Assembly: GCA_963845565.1 (NCBI GenBank)
Contig: CAWJSJ010000003.1
Coordinates: forward strand, 1-64,000
Origin: an uncultured Methylomirabilota bacterium
Lineage (GTDB): Bacteria; Methylomirabilota; Methylomirabilia; Methylomirabilales; 2-02-FULL-66-22
Direction of reading: 5' to 3'
DNA length: 64,000 bases
Under the pieces are notes generated by a model. That model was not told where the DNA came from. It saw only the letters and a list, made by a program, of their open reading frames with translations, and did no database searches. The stretch's first letter is position 1. Every line of letters begins with the position of its first letter. A program made the translations under genes and the position numbers. This document shows, piece by piece, positions 36,625-46,317 of this stretch.

Positions 36625-37140
36625 TTATCTCCCAGACAGCGCCTTCTCGGCATCCGCCACGGTCATCATCAAGGTCATCGGATCGACCGGTGACTCGCCG
36701 AACCCGTATCGCTGATAGAACCGTTTGGCCTCCTCGGAGATCGCGTGGACCAGAATAGCCCGTATCCCGCCGATCGTGGCGGCCTGCAGTATCCGCAGGA
36801 CCGCGTCGCGCAGCAGGCTGCGCCCCAGGTTCCGGCCCTGCCAGGTCCGGTCCACGGCCAGCCGGCCGAGGATCATCACCGGCACGGGGTCCGGCATATT
36901 CCGTCGGACGCGGCCCGGTGCCTGGGCCTGAGCCACGCCGCCGCTTGCCAACGCGTAATACCCCACCACCCGCCCCCCGGCGCAGACCACGTAGGTCCGC
37001 GACGCCCCGGTGTCCTCATTCGCCAGGGCGCGCTTTCGTAACCAGTCATCCAGATCCGGCACGCCAGAATCAAACGCCGACACGTCATGCGCCGCCGTCA
37101 GGTGTTCCGGTGCGCGGATCTCCTGTGCGCCGCCGGTCAT
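36625..37140 (-). CDS. GNAT family acetyltransferase toxin (TacT/AtaT-like)
   Basis: FDSGVPDLDDWL, GYYAL, MPDPVPVMILGRLAVD..QGRNLG..LVHAISEEAKRFY. Confidence 0.9.
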   Translation of the reverse strand: MTGGAQEIRAPEHLTAAHDVSAFDSGVPDLDDWLRKRALANEDTGASRTYVVCAGGRVVGYYALASGGVAQAQAPGRVRRNMPDPVPVMILGRLAVDRTWQGRNLGRSLLRDAVLRILQAATIGGIRAILVHAISEEAKRFYQRYGFGESPVDPMTLMMTVADAEKALSGR

Positions 37141-37430
37141 GACTCCCAGGCCGCCTTCGTCCGCAACAGCCGCCGCAGACGACTATTCTCTGCCGGGGAC
37201 TTGTCCAGCGCAGCCGTAAACCGCTTGTAGGCCTTGTCATCGAGCAGAAACAACCGCTGGTCCAGCAGGACGGCCGTGGCTGCCCGGCACGCCGCCTCCA
37301 GCATGAACTCCGACCGGTTCTTCCCGAGCCGGTCTGCCGCGCGATCGATCAGCGCCCGCTTGACCTGGTCTGCCCGAAGATTAATCGTGACGCTTTGTTT
37401 CGCGCGTTCCTTGGTACTGGTGTTCCGCAT
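37137..37430 (-). CDS. DUF1778 (TacA-like) antitoxin
   Basis: INLRADQVKRALIDRAA..RSEFMLEAA..F.AALD..P. TTGACA promoter element near 37481-37486. Confidence 0.88.
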   Translation of the reverse strand: MRNTSTKERAKQSVTINLRADQVKRALIDRAADRLGKNRSEFMLEAACRAATAVLLDQRLFLLDDKAYKRFTAALDKSPAENSRLRRLLRTKAAWES

Positions 37431-37677
37431 CGCCTTCCTCCTGTGTAGGCATCCTATATTCAGATATGCGTACACATTGTCAATACACACCGTCCGGCCA
37501 ATCGCCCGCCCGCGCACCGCTCCCCGGTGCGGACGGTCGGCCCACACCCCTGCGCGCGAGGGCACCCGCTTCCCTTCCGTCTGGCGCCTCCGGCCACCCC
37601 CAGAGACGAGAAGGCCATCGGACCCGGCGGAAAGACGCCACGGGGTGCCTGATTCCGCCAAATACCGGGAAGGCCCG

Positions 37678-38010
37678 TTAGTCGAGGAGATCGAGTGCGA
37701 CCTTGAGGGCGATGTGGAGTGCCGCCAGCTTCTGCGGACCAAGGCTGCCTACGTAGTCTGTCAGGGCACTCTTCGGTAAGCTGACCAGGCCGTCGCAATG
37801 GATGGCGCTTGCATGTCTCAGGCCTTCCGCTTCCCCGACGGGCACCTGGGTCCCCAAACCGGCCCGGCTGGAGGAGACGGGCGCGCAAATCACGGTGCTA
37901 TACTCGACTGTGTTGCAGAGAACTTGCCGACTGACAACGACGAATACCCGGAAACGTTTGGGGTCGGTGCGGGAGGGGTGGGCAACGCGGTACAGGTCTC
38001 CGCGCCTCAC
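37678..38010 (-). CDS. MazF/PemK family endoribonuclease toxin
   Basis: [33 protein letters not shown]. Confidence 0.88.
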   Translation of the reverse strand: MRRGDLYRVAHPSRTDPKRFRVFVVVSRQVLCNTVEYSTVICAPVSSSRAGLGTQVPVGEAEGLRHASAIHCDGLVSLPKSALTDYVGSLGPQKLAALHIALKVALDLLD

Positions 38011-38240
38011 GACAGGACCTGATATTCGAGCACGTCCGCCATCTCGGCGCTCAGCGCGGCGGCATGTTTTCGGAGCAGCGCGGCCTCGCGGGCCTGAAGT
38101 GCCGCCCGATCGGCGCCGGCGAGAAAGGCCCGCACGGCCTCTTCGATGAAATCCGACCGGCTGCGCCGCTGCGCTTCGACCCGCGCATCGACCTCCTGGA
38201 GGAGTTCTTCGGAGAGTGTGATTGAAGTCTTGATTTTCAT
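38007..38240 (-). CDS. RHH antitoxin
   Basis: [21 protein letters not shown]. Upstream TTGACG-N18-TATATT lies just before the ATG (likely leaderless). Confidence 0.85.
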   Translation of the reverse strand: MKIKTSITLSEELLQEVDARVEAQRRSRSDFIEEAVRAFLAGADRAALQAREAALLRKHAAALSAEMADVLEYQVLS

Positions 38241-38345
38241 ACTACCAATATACTACTCGACACATAGGTGCGTCAAGCAGACCCTAGTCTCCTGGGTGGG
38301 CGGGTCCGCACGGCCAAGATGCACCCGGAGGTGGCGGGCGCGGGG

Positions 38346-38780
38346 TCACCCGGCGGTCAGGTGCTCCCGGACCGCGGGCGGGATCTCCACGGCCTTGCCC
38401 AGCCCGTAGTCCAGCCAGGCCAGGACGCTGCTGCCGTCGCCGATGAGGTCGTCGGTGCCGTGCCGGAAGATTGCGTACGTCAGGACGAAGCTGCGGTTTC
38501 GGATCTCGGGGCAGGCGACGCCGATGTCCAACGCACTCGGGTAGTGGAGCTGGCGGCGGTAGTTGAAGGTCTGGGACACCACCACCGGCCCCTGCGCCGT
38601 CGGCCCGATGTCCCGGGTGTTCCAGCCCCGGGTCTCGAAATACCCGACCCGGGCGGATTCCAGGTACTGCAGGTAGACGATATTGTTGACATGATTCATG
38701 GCGTCCATGTCGCCCCAGCGGACGGTCTCGGACCACCAGAACCGGAAGTCGGCGCGTCCAGGTTTGCCGGTGTCGCTCAC
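38346..38780 (-). CDS. Acyl-CoA thioesterase (4HBT/YbgC family), copy 2
   Basis: VRWGDMDAMNHVNNIVYLQYLESAR; close paralogue of 36124..36558. Confidence 0.88.
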   Translation of the reverse strand: MSDTGKPGRADFRFWWSETVRWGDMDAMNHVNNIVYLQYLESARVGYFETRGWNTRDIGPTAQGPVVVSQTFNYRRQLHYPSALDIGVACPEIRNRSFVLTYAIFRHGTDDLIGDGSSVLAWLDYGLGKAVEIPPAVREHLTAG

Positions 38781-38860
38781 GGGTTCCCTCGTTCCTTGTG
38801 CTGACGGGTTCATTGCGGCTGGCAGGCGGCTGCGACGTGCCCTTCTGCGCCGGCGCGTGA

Positions 38861-38983
38861 TCAACCCCCCTTCGCCGGCTTGATCTTCCGCAGCTTCGGC
38901 ACCAGTTTCAGGATCGCGCGGCGATCCTGCACGTAGGAGCTGCGGGGCACCTTGCGCCCCACGGTCGGCGTCCGTCGGCTCAT
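38861..38983 (-). CDS. 40-aa basic small protein (hypothetical)
   Basis: GGAGG RBS, then MSRRTPTVGRKVPRSSYVQDRRAILKLVPKLRKIKPAKGG*, with high-GC3 codons. Confidence 0.5.
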   Translation of the reverse strand: MSRRTPTVGRKVPRSSYVQDRRAILKLVPKLRKIKPAKGG

Positions 38984-39117
38984 CGTGTTCGCCTCCTGCC
39001 CTCCACGGTGCCGCGCCGGGTCGGCGTGTTCAATCCGAAGTTCCGCGTCGGGCGCCCTGCTGCACTTCTGGGATCATTCGCTTGGCAAGAGCCCTCCGCT
39101 CGGGGTATAACTCTGGC

Positions 39118-39570
39118 ATGGGCTACGAGATCTCCGCCGGAGTCATTCTCTTCCGCAGCGTCCCGCAGCGGGAGTACCTCATTCTCGATTACGGGTCCCA
39201 CTGGGACTTCTCCAAGGGCCACATCGAGCCGGGGGAAGACCCCGCGACCACCGCCCGGCGGGAACTCGCAGAAGAAACCGGCATTCAGGATCCCCGGTTC
39301 ATCCCGGGGTACGAGGAGCGCATGAGCTACGCCTACCGGCGGGCGGGCGAGCTGATGCGGAAAGTCGTCGTGTATTTCCTGGCCGAGACGGCCGGGGCAG
39401 AGGTCGTCCTCTCGCACGAGCACTGCGGATACGTCTGGGCCTCGTTCGACGCGGCGCTCGCCCGGCTCACCTTCCCCACCGCCAAGGAGTTGCTCGGCAA
39501 GGCACAGCAGGTCCTCGAGGGCACACCCCTGGCGTCCAACGCTGGTCCGTCCCCCGACCCGCCGGCATAA
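39118..39570 (+). CDS. NUDIX hydrolase (Ap4A hydrolase-like)
   Basis: SAGVIL, HWDFSKGHIEPGEDPATTARRELAEETG, LSHEH. Confidence 0.88.
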   Translation: MGYEISAGVILFRSVPQREYLILDYGSHWDFSKGHIEPGEDPATTARRELAEETGIQDPRFIPGYEERMSYAYRRAGELMRKVVVYFLAETAGAEVVLSHEHCGYVWASFDAALARLTFPTAKELLGKAQQVLEGTPLASNAGPSPDPPA

Positions 39571-39607
39571 CCCTGGCACCCATCGCGTGCCATATCCCGG
39601 CCGCGCG

Positions 39608-40990
39608 TCACTGCGCGGCGCCATTCGGAGGGGTGTCGCCGGTCAATCGGGCGGCAATGGCCCGAGCCGCCAGAACGCCCGATGCCGATGCCTGCACCAG
39701 GCCCCGGCTCACCCCGGCGCCGTCCCCCACGGCATACAGCCCGGACACCTCTGTCTCCAGCGCCCGGCTCAGGCGCAACTGCAGCGAATAGAACTTCACC
39801 TCGACCCCGTACAGCAGCGTGTGGACCGAGTTCACTCCCGGCGCCAGCCGGTCGAGGGCTTCCAGCATCTCCAGGATGTCGGCCAGGTAGCGATACGGCA
39901 GGACCAGGCTGAGGTCCCCGGGCGTCGCCCCCTTGAGTGTCGGCTCCACCAATCCCCGGGCCAGCCGCCCCGGGGTGGAGCGGCGGCCCTGGCGTAGGTC
40001 CCCGACCCGCTGGACGAGGACCTCGCCCCCCAGCATGTTGGCGAGCTGCGCGATGTACCGGCCGTAGGCGATCGGCTCGTGGAACGGCTCGGTGAACGTC
40101 TTGCTGACCAGGAGGGCAAAATTGGTGTTGCCCGTCGCGCCATGCGCATAGCTGTGCCCGTTCACGGTGTACAGCCCTCCGAGATCTTCCCGGATGACCT
40201 CGCCGTGCGGGCACATGCAGAACGTCCGGACCATGTCCTCGAACCGGCGCGTGTAATAGACGATCTTGGCCTCGTAGGTGGCCTGCGTGATCTCCTCCAT
40301 GACCGACGCCGGCACCTCGACCCGCACGCCGATGTCCACCGGGTTGATGGTGGTGTGCAGCGCCAGCCGGGCCGCTTCCCGCGCCAGCCACGCGGACCCC
40401 TCCCGGCCCGGCGCCAGGATGACGCGCGGGGCGCCGATCTCGCTGCCGTCCTCCAGGCGCACCCCGCGCACGGCCCCGTCCCGCGTCAGCACCTCGGCCA
40501 CGGGCGCCGCACACCGGATCGCCACGCGGCCCCCCAGGAATTCCCGGAGCTTGCCGACCAGCGCCTCGCAGCCGTCGGTGCCGAGATGCCGGTACCGGCT
40601 CGGGATCAGCTTCATGTCGAGGCGCGCCGCGTCACGCTGCAGCCGGGCGACGGCCTCCACGTCCGACCCGTGGAGCTCCACCGGCGCGCCGAACGCCCGG
40701 TACGTCGCATCGACGTCCTCCACCAAGGCCGTCAGCTGGGCCGCGGTGCAGTACTGCCCCAGGAACCCGCCGATCTCCGTCGACAGCGCCAGCTTGCCGT
40801 CACTGTAGGCGCCGGCGCCTCCCCAGCCGCTCAGCGTGGAGGCCGCCCGGCCCAGGCACTTCCGCTCCGGCAGATCCGGGCCCTTCTCCAGCACCAGAAT
40901 GCCGTCCACGCCCAAGCGTGCAAGCTCCAGCGCGGAAAAGATGCCGGCGGGACCCGCCCCCACGATGATGACCTGGAATGTCGTAGTCAT
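39608..40990 (-). CDS. NAD(P)/FAD-dependent oxidoreductase (uncharacterised FAD dehydrogenase family)
   Basis: IVGAGPAG, GWGGAGAYSDGKL, RTFCMCPHG, VEVKFYS, AVGDGAGVSRG. Confidence 0.85.
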   Translation of the reverse strand: MTTTFQVIIVGAGPAGIFSALELARLGVDGILVLEKGPDLPERKCLGRAASTLSGWGGAGAYSDGKLALSTEIGGFLGQYCTAAQLTALVEDVDATYRAFGAPVELHGSDVEAVARLQRDAARLDMKLIPSRYRHLGTDGCEALVGKLREFLGGRVAIRCAAPVAEVLTRDGAVRGVRLEDGSEIGAPRVILAPGREGSAWLAREAARLALHTTINPVDIGVRVEVPASVMEEITQATYEAKIVYYTRRFEDMVRTFCMCPHGEVIREDLGGLYTVNGHSYAHGATGNTNFALLVSKTFTEPFHEPIAYGRYIAQLANMLGGEVLVQRVGDLRQGRRSTPGRLARGLVEPTLKGATPGDLSLVLPYRYLADILEMLEALDRLAPGVNSVHTLLYGVEVKFYSLQLRLSRALETEVSGLYAVGDGAGVSRGLVQASASGVLAARAIAARLTGDTPPNGAAQ

Positions 40991-41128
40991 GGTCGGTCGT
41001 CTCCAGTGACGGAATCGGTCCCCGGATGACGGTCACCCTGCCGCCGGCTGCCGCCCTGTGCCTCTCGCGCGGCCCGACAGGCATCGGAACGCGCCGCGCG
41101 GAGCGACCGCGTGAGGCATGACACTTGG

Positions 41129-41233
41129 TAAGCCGTTGTCAAAGAATAAGTTGAGCCGAGACATTCCGAAACGGCATAAGGAGCCGTAACGAAATAGAAA
41201 GGGATGTATAGGTTATTTCGTAACGGCTCCTAA
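41129..41233 (+). repeat. ~105-bp element, copy 3
   Basis: TAA...TAA flanked, intergenic. Confidence 0.9.
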
Positions 41234-41356
41234 CACGAGAAAGAGATCCGGGGCAGGGCGTGATCCGGGCGGCTCACAACACGACACCCCATGGTCCATC
41301 GCCACCAGCGGCGACCGCCAGTCGCGCGTAGGACAACGCCCATGGGGTGAGATCCG

Positions 41357-41635
41357 TTATCGGCGACGCGTGTCCGGCGTCTTGCGGTCCTTGGCCTCAT
41401 CCTCGGTGCGGACCCGCTGGTAGCCTTCGCAGTCGCCGTATTTCAGAATACAGACGTCTTCCACCGTCTTCCCCGCCATGACCTTGACCTTCTCATGGCA
41501 GCCGGCGGTGCAGTACCCGCCGGACGGATACATCGACGCGAAATCCCCGGCCATCTGATGCCAGTATGGACACATGTCCACCGCGTCCTCGGGGGACCCG
41601 GTCGGCTTCGCCTGGTTCTCCTTGTCAGTCGTCAC
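41357..41635 (-). CDS. Small cysteine-rich hypothetical protein
   Basis: AGGAG RBS; CPYW..GYCTAGC..DVC..DCEGY. Confidence 0.6.
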   Translation of the reverse strand: MTTDKENQAKPTGSPEDAVDMCPYWHQMAGDFASMYPSGGYCTAGCHEKVKVMAGKTVEDVCILKYGDCEGYQRVRTEDEAKDRKTPDTRRR

Positions 41636-41753
41636 GGCGGCTCCTTTTCACGCCAAGACACGGCGTTGGGATGAAGTATACGCCGCTTCGCCTGGACGGT
41701 CAAATGCCGGCCGCCGGGCGGGTGGCGCTGAACGTCGCGGCGGACGATCCGAA

Positions 41754-42200
41754 CTATCCGTCCTCGATGTCGAGCACGAGAACCGGACGCGGCACGCCGC
41801 CGCCCCACCGTGGACGCGGCCGGGTGCGGAACGCGGTGAGGTGCGAGGCGCACCGGCAGTCCGAGGATCCGAAGCCCGGCCAGGGGATGGCCGCCCCGGT
41901 GCGTGCCTGGAGCCAGGCATTCGTCCGACACTCCGCCCCGGCAGCCCACCGCCAGATCCACACCTGCCGGATGCGGGCCGCAGCACGCAGGGAATCCACA
42001 TGCCAGTGGGGCGCCTTTTTCCGTCGCAGGTGTCGGGCCAGTCGCGCACCCAGAGTCCGCTTACCCGAACCTGCGTACACGTACCAGCCGGCCGCCAGAC
42101 GACGGGTGCCGAGCGCCCCGCACACGATCAGCTGGGGTCGTGCGAGGTGCAGGACCAGGCAGTAGACCCCGCCATCCCCTCCGGGACGCTGCGGACCGCA
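41754..42200 (-). CDS. GIY-YIG/Uri superfamily (DUF123) endonuclease
   Basis: GVYCL, GWYVYAGS, RLARH..HWHVD, FGSSDCRCASHL. Start uncertain. Confidence 0.78.
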   Translation of the reverse strand, partial: CGPQRPGGDGGVYCLVLHLARPQLIVCGALGTRRLAAGWYVYAGSGKRTLGARLARHLRRKKAPHWHVDSLRAAARIRQVWIWRWAAGAECRTNAWLQARTGAAIPWPGFGSSDCRCASHLTAFRTRPRPRWGGGVPRPVLVLDIEDG

Positions 42201-42201
42201 C

Positions 42202-43188
42202 CTAGATGTGGAACTCGAAGATGTCGCCGTCTTGGACAATGTAGTCGCGCTGGACCCGCTGGCCATCGAATTTGCCGGATCCCCAGATCCGGGCGAACTT
42301 CAGCTGGTGGGCGAAGTCCTTGTGGATGCTCTCCGCCATCTCGACCACGGTGCTCCCGCACGGGAGCACCACGGGCGACTTCATGGAGGGGTCCTCGCCC
42401 GGGGGTTTGCAGTACACCCGCACGATCCGGAGGCCGTCGTAGATTCCGCGGCGCAGGGCCTCCAGCCCTTGGCCCGTGTCTGCCGACACGGCGCACACCG
42501 GGAATCGAGTCGCGTATTCCGACCGCAGAATCTCCAGCGCGTCCTCGGCGTCCGGTGCATCCAGCTTGTTCGCCGCCAGGACCGCCGGTTTTCGGGCCCA
42601 CCCGATGGCCGGGGCCTCGCTGTCCCCCGGCGCGACCAGCGTCACCTTGCTCCGCTCCAGGATCGTCAGCGTCTGCGCCAGATCCTCGAGCAGCGAACCG
42701 CTCGCCAGATCGGCCACGATCAGACACAGATCCGCCGGGCGGACCAAGGACGGCACCCAGGGTTCCATGTACGTGTCCGAGACGGCCGGCAGGTCGACAA
42801 GCTGGATCTGGATGTTGACGAAGGGCATCATCCCGGCGATCGGCTTCCGGGTGGTGAAGGGATACTCGCCGACCTCGGTCGGGGATTTGGTGAGGACCGC
42901 CACCAGGGCGGATTTTCCGGCGTTCGGCGGGCCGACCAGCACCACCTGCCCCGCCCCCTCGCGGTCCACCGCGACCGAGAAGCCACCCCGGCGCTTCCGG
43001 GCGACCTCGGCATCCGCCTTCAGCTTGGCGTAACGGCGCTTCAGATCCCCCCGCAGATGCTCCGTCCCTTTGTGCTTCGGGATGACGGCCAGCATCTCGT
43101 CCAGCGCCGCCAGCTTTTCCTCTGGGGTTTTCGCCTCCCGGAAACGCCGGTCGGCTTCCAGGTACTGCGGGGTCAGATTCGCCGGCAT
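42202..43188 (-). CDS. Obg/DRG-like GTPase with C-terminal TGS domain
   Basis: MPANLTPQY, PKHKGTE, GPPNAGKS, YPFTT, DLP, NKLD, SA, ARIWG..GQRV..DGDIFEFH. Confidence 0.9.
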   Translation of the reverse strand: MPANLTPQYLEADRRFREAKTPEEKLAALDEMLAVIPKHKGTEHLRGDLKRRYAKLKADAEVARKRRGGFSVAVDREGAGQVVLVGPPNAGKSALVAVLTKSPTEVGEYPFTTRKPIAGMMPFVNIQIQLVDLPAVSDTYMEPWVPSLVRPADLCLIVADLASGSLLEDLAQTLTILERSKVTLVAPGDSEAPAIGWARKPAVLAANKLDAPDAEDALEILRSEYATRFPVCAVSADTGQGLEALRRGIYDGLRIVRVYCKPPGEDPSMKSPVVLPCGSTVVEMAESIHKDFAHQLKFARIWGSGKFDGQRVQRDYIVQDGDIFEFHI

Positions 43189-43208
43189 GCCACGCTCCGC
43201 CGCGTTCC

Positions 43209-43268
43209 AACGGCTCCTTATGCCGTTCCCGGAATGTCTCCGGTCAATGTGCTCTTTGACAACGGCTT
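43209..43268 (-). repeat. Partial copy of the ~105-bp element (first hairpin only)
   Basis: AACGGCTCCTTATGCCGTTCCCGGAATGTCTCCGGTCAA..CTTTGACAACGGCTT. Confidence 0.75.
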
Positions 43269-43323
43269 TCCGGCCGCCTGGGCTGCCACCCCGGCGGTGC
43301 GATCCGCACACGAGTCCCGTCGG

Positions 43324-44265
43324 TCAGGGGGTGTGCCTCTCCCTGGCAGCCACCGCGCGCCGGTGGTGCGGGAGGAGACACGCGTAGATGACGGCGTTGA
43401 GCGGCGTCGGGACACCGACCTCCGCCCCGTACCGGATCACCGCGCCCATGAGCGGTTCGATCTCCAGCCGGTTCCCCCGGTCCAGGTCGTGGGCCAGCGA
43501 GGAGCGCATCTCGGGCTGCAGCTTCCCGGCAAAGGCGAGGGCGCGATCCACCGCGTCGGCGGGCAAGGCGACGCCCTTGGCCCGGCCGACCGCGGCGATC
43601 TCCTCCATCACGGCGCGGTAGAACCGGGCGGTCTCGGGGCAGCCCAGGATCTCCCCGATCCCCAGCCGCCCAAGTGCCGTCACCCCTCCGTGGGCGCAGA
43701 TGAACAGGTACTTCTCCCACAGGTCCACCAGGATCTTGGCGGACGCCTCGGCGCCGACCCCGGCGCGCACAAACGCCTCGACGATGCGGGTCACGCGGGG
43801 CGAGACGCGGCCGTCCGTCTCGCCGCACTTGAGCGACCGCGGCCCCGCGGTCTGCGAGATGACGCCGGGCGCACTGATGGTGGACAGGACGTGCACGACG
43901 CCGGCCAGGATGTGGGATTTCCCCAAGATGCGTTCCAGCTTCTCTTCGTTGTCCACGCCGTTCTGCACGCAGAGTACCGTCGTCTCCGGTCCCACCACGG
44001 GCCGCACGCGCTCCGCGGCGATCTCGGTGTCGTACCCCTTCACCGCGAAGAGCACCAGGTCCACGACGCCGATCGTGCCCGGATCGTCGGTGGCCTTGGG
44101 CCGAACGTGAAAGTCCCCCGCCACGCTCTTCACGTGCAGACCGTCCCGCTGAATCGCAGCCAGATGCGCGCCCCGGGCGATGAACGTGACGTCCTCGCCC
44201 GCCGCCGCCAACCGCCCGCCGTAATACCCGCCAACCCCCCCGCTCCCCATCACGGCAACTCGCAT
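43324..44265 (-). CDS. panE: 2-dehydropantoate 2-reductase (ApbA/PanE family)
   Basis: GSGGVGGYYG, FAVKGYD, VQNG, WEKY, SSLAHD..RLEIE. Confidence 0.85.
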   Translation of the reverse strand: MRVAVMGSGGVGGYYGGRLAAAGEDVTFIARGAHLAAIQRDGLHVKSVAGDFHVRPKATDDPGTIGVVDLVLFAVKGYDTEIAAERVRPVVGPETTVLCVQNGVDNEEKLERILGKSHILAGVVHVLSTISAPGVISQTAGPRSLKCGETDGRVSPRVTRIVEAFVRAGVGAEASAKILVDLWEKYLFICAHGGVTALGRLGIGEILGCPETARFYRAVMEEIAAVGRAKGVALPADAVDRALAFAGKLQPEMRSSLAHDLDRGNRLEIEPLMGAVIRYGAEVGVPTPLNAVIYACLLPHHRRAVAARERHTP

Positions 44266-44289
44266 GCGAGACTCCTCTCTGGCCTAATC

Positions 44290-44500
44290 CGTCTATTGAG
44301 TTGTTGAGTCCGTTGCGTTATTGAGTTTCTGCGGTCGGACCAGCGGCGGCATCTGTCGCCTCCCTGGTTTCCGACTCAATAACTCAATAACTGGGCAGGC
44401 TCAATAGACGCGGTTGCGCTCTGCCATGCTGCCCGCTGCCAGCTACTCCACTCTCCTGACTCACCAGACGCAATAACTGGGTGGACTCACTCGACTCCCG
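44290..44500. repeat. Inverted 8/9-mer repeat array (TTGAGT.../ACTCAA...) with CTGCC heptamers
   Basis: Read directly; same style as 27565-27772. Confidence 0.7.
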
Positions 44501-44511
44501 TTCTCCGCGGC

Positions 44512-45534
44512 TCACTCCCCCTCAAATCGCAGGTCCCGCGCCATCAGCCGCTCCACGGCATCGCGAGGGTCCTGCCCCTCGAAAAGCACGCGGTGCACGG
44601 CCAGGCAGATCGGCATCTCGACGCGATGCTGCTCCGCCAGATGCACCACGGAGCGGCAGGCGTTGACACCTTCGGCCACGGTCCGGGACGCCGCCAGCAA
44701 TGCTTCGGGTCGCGCCCCTTCCGCCAGTTGCCGGCCGAAGCTCCGGTTGCGGGAGAGGTCGCCCGTGCAGGTGAGGATCAGGTCGCCCATCCCGGCCAAG
44801 CCGGAAAAGGTCCCTGCCTGGGCACCCATCGCCACACCCAGCCGGGTCATCTCCGCCAGCCCCCGGGTCACCAGCGCTGCCCGGGCATTCGTACCCAGTG
44901 CCAACCCATCCACGATCCCGGCGGCGATCGCGATCACGTTCTTGACCGCGCCCCCCAGCTCCACCCCGCGCCGATCCGTCCCCGCATACACCCGGAGCGG
45001 GCCGCCGCTCACGGCGCGCTGCACCGTCTCTGCGACGGCCGGGTCGTCCGCCGCCGCCACCACCGCGGTCGGGCGCCGCGCCGCGACTTCCCGGGCGAAG
45101 CTCGGCCCAGAGAGCACGGCCAGGTTGCAATGATACGCAGGGGCGAGAACCTGTTGCATGATCTGGGACATGGTGCAGAGGCTCTCCACCTCGAGCCCCT
45201 TCGTGGCGCTGACCAGCACGACGCCTGGCCGCAGGAAGGGTTGCGCCCGCTCCACGATTCCCCGGAACACATGCGACGGAACCACGAAGACGACCAGGGG
45301 CTTCCCGCTGAGCGCCTCCTCGAGAGACGACGTCGGCCGGACCGCCTCCGGCAGCCGGACACCGGGCAGATACGGGCGATTCTCCCGAACCTCGGCCATC
45401 GCCGCAGCCAGGTCGGTCTCGTACACCCAGAGCGCAACCTCGCGATACCGGTCGGCGAGGACCGAGGCCAGGCTGGTCCCCCACGCTCCCGCCCCGATGA
45501 TTGCGACTGACTGCGGGACCTGCGTCGGCGACAT
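44512..45534 (-). CDS. gpsA: NAD(P)H-dependent glycerol-3-phosphate dehydrogenase
   Basis: IGAGAWGT, ATKGLE, SGPSFA, GGAVKNVIAIAAG, GDLILTC..SRN, AEGV. Confidence 0.95.
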   Translation of the reverse strand: MSPTQVPQSVAIIGAGAWGTSLASVLADRYREVALWVYETDLAAAMAEVRENRPYLPGVRLPEAVRPTSSLEEALSGKPLVVFVVPSHVFRGIVERAQPFLRPGVVLVSATKGLEVESLCTMSQIMQQVLAPAYHCNLAVLSGPSFAREVAARRPTAVVAAADDPAVAETVQRAVSGGPLRVYAGTDRRGVELGGAVKNVIAIAAGIVDGLALGTNARAALVTRGLAEMTRLGVAMGAQAGTFSGLAGMGDLILTCTGDLSRNRSFGRQLAEGARPEALLAASRTVAEGVNACRSVVHLAEQHRVEMPICLAVHRVLFEGQDPRDAVERLMARDLRFEGE

Positions 45535-45950
45535 CAATTCTGGGATGCTCCTCGGTCCCCCGGCGTTCGGTCGATTTCGTACTCTTCCAGGTTGATCCCC
45601 ACGCCAAAGAAGTCGGGGTTGTCCGTGGCCAAGCCATACCGTTCGAGCACGGTCATAATCAAGGCCTTGCCCAGCGCGCCGACATCCTTGCTGCGCAAAA
45701 GCGTTTCGAGCGGTTTGACCGGAAACGGCGCCGCCCAACCCTTTAAGGCGACGGTCGTGACCGCCAGCAAGGCCGGGTCCTCCGCGGGATCCGTGAACTG
45801 CGCCAGCAAGATGGGCAGCGCGCGCTCCGGGTCCGCCAGGAGGCGCTTCGCCGCGGCCTCGACCTCCGCGTCGGTCAGGTCGAGACCGCGCAGGGTGGCC
45901 AGCCACTCCCACATCTCCCCGGTCGGGCCCTCCTCGTGGTCATCGTGCAT
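45534..45950 (-). CDS. Hypothetical protein
   Basis: 138-aa ORF with GAGG RBS, abutting gpsA. Confidence 0.65.
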   Translation of the reverse strand: MHDDHEEGPTGEMWEWLATLRGLDLTDAEVEAAAKRLLADPERALPILLAQFTDPAEDPALLAVTTVALKGWAAPFPVKPLETLLRSKDVGALGKALIMTVLERYGLATDNPDFFGVGINLEEYEIDRTPGDRGASQN

Positions 45951-46089
45951 GCATCACCTCGTTAAACAGATCAAGTCGACGCGTCAACGCGTCGACGAGT
46001 CAATTGGGAAGCTCTTAGCCGGGTCCCCAACTCCACCAATCGACCAATTGACTCCTTGACCACCGTTGGTCCGCCGCCGGCGGACACAC

Positions 46090-46317
46090 TCAGACGGATC
46101 ACCCGGCTCCGTTGTACCCGATCGTGACCGCGCTCCCGTCCACGATCACCGGGACCGTCCGGTCCCCCTTGGAGTGCTGCAGCATCTGCTTCATGCCTGC
46201 CGGGTCCTTGGTCACGTTCACGTACTTGACGGTCACCTTGCGCTTGCCGTACTCCTCACGGGCGGCTGTAGTATGGGGTCAGGTGTCCTTCCCGAAGATC
46301 CACACGATGTCTGCCAT
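46090..46317 (-). CDS. Uxx-star-type glutaredoxin-like selenoprotein with two in-frame UGA codons
   Basis: GGAGG RBS; MADIVWIFGKDT-U-PHTTAARE..RTVPVIV..IGYNGAG-U-SV*. UGA at 46281-46279 and 46101-46099, each followed by a stem-loop. Confidence 0.85.
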
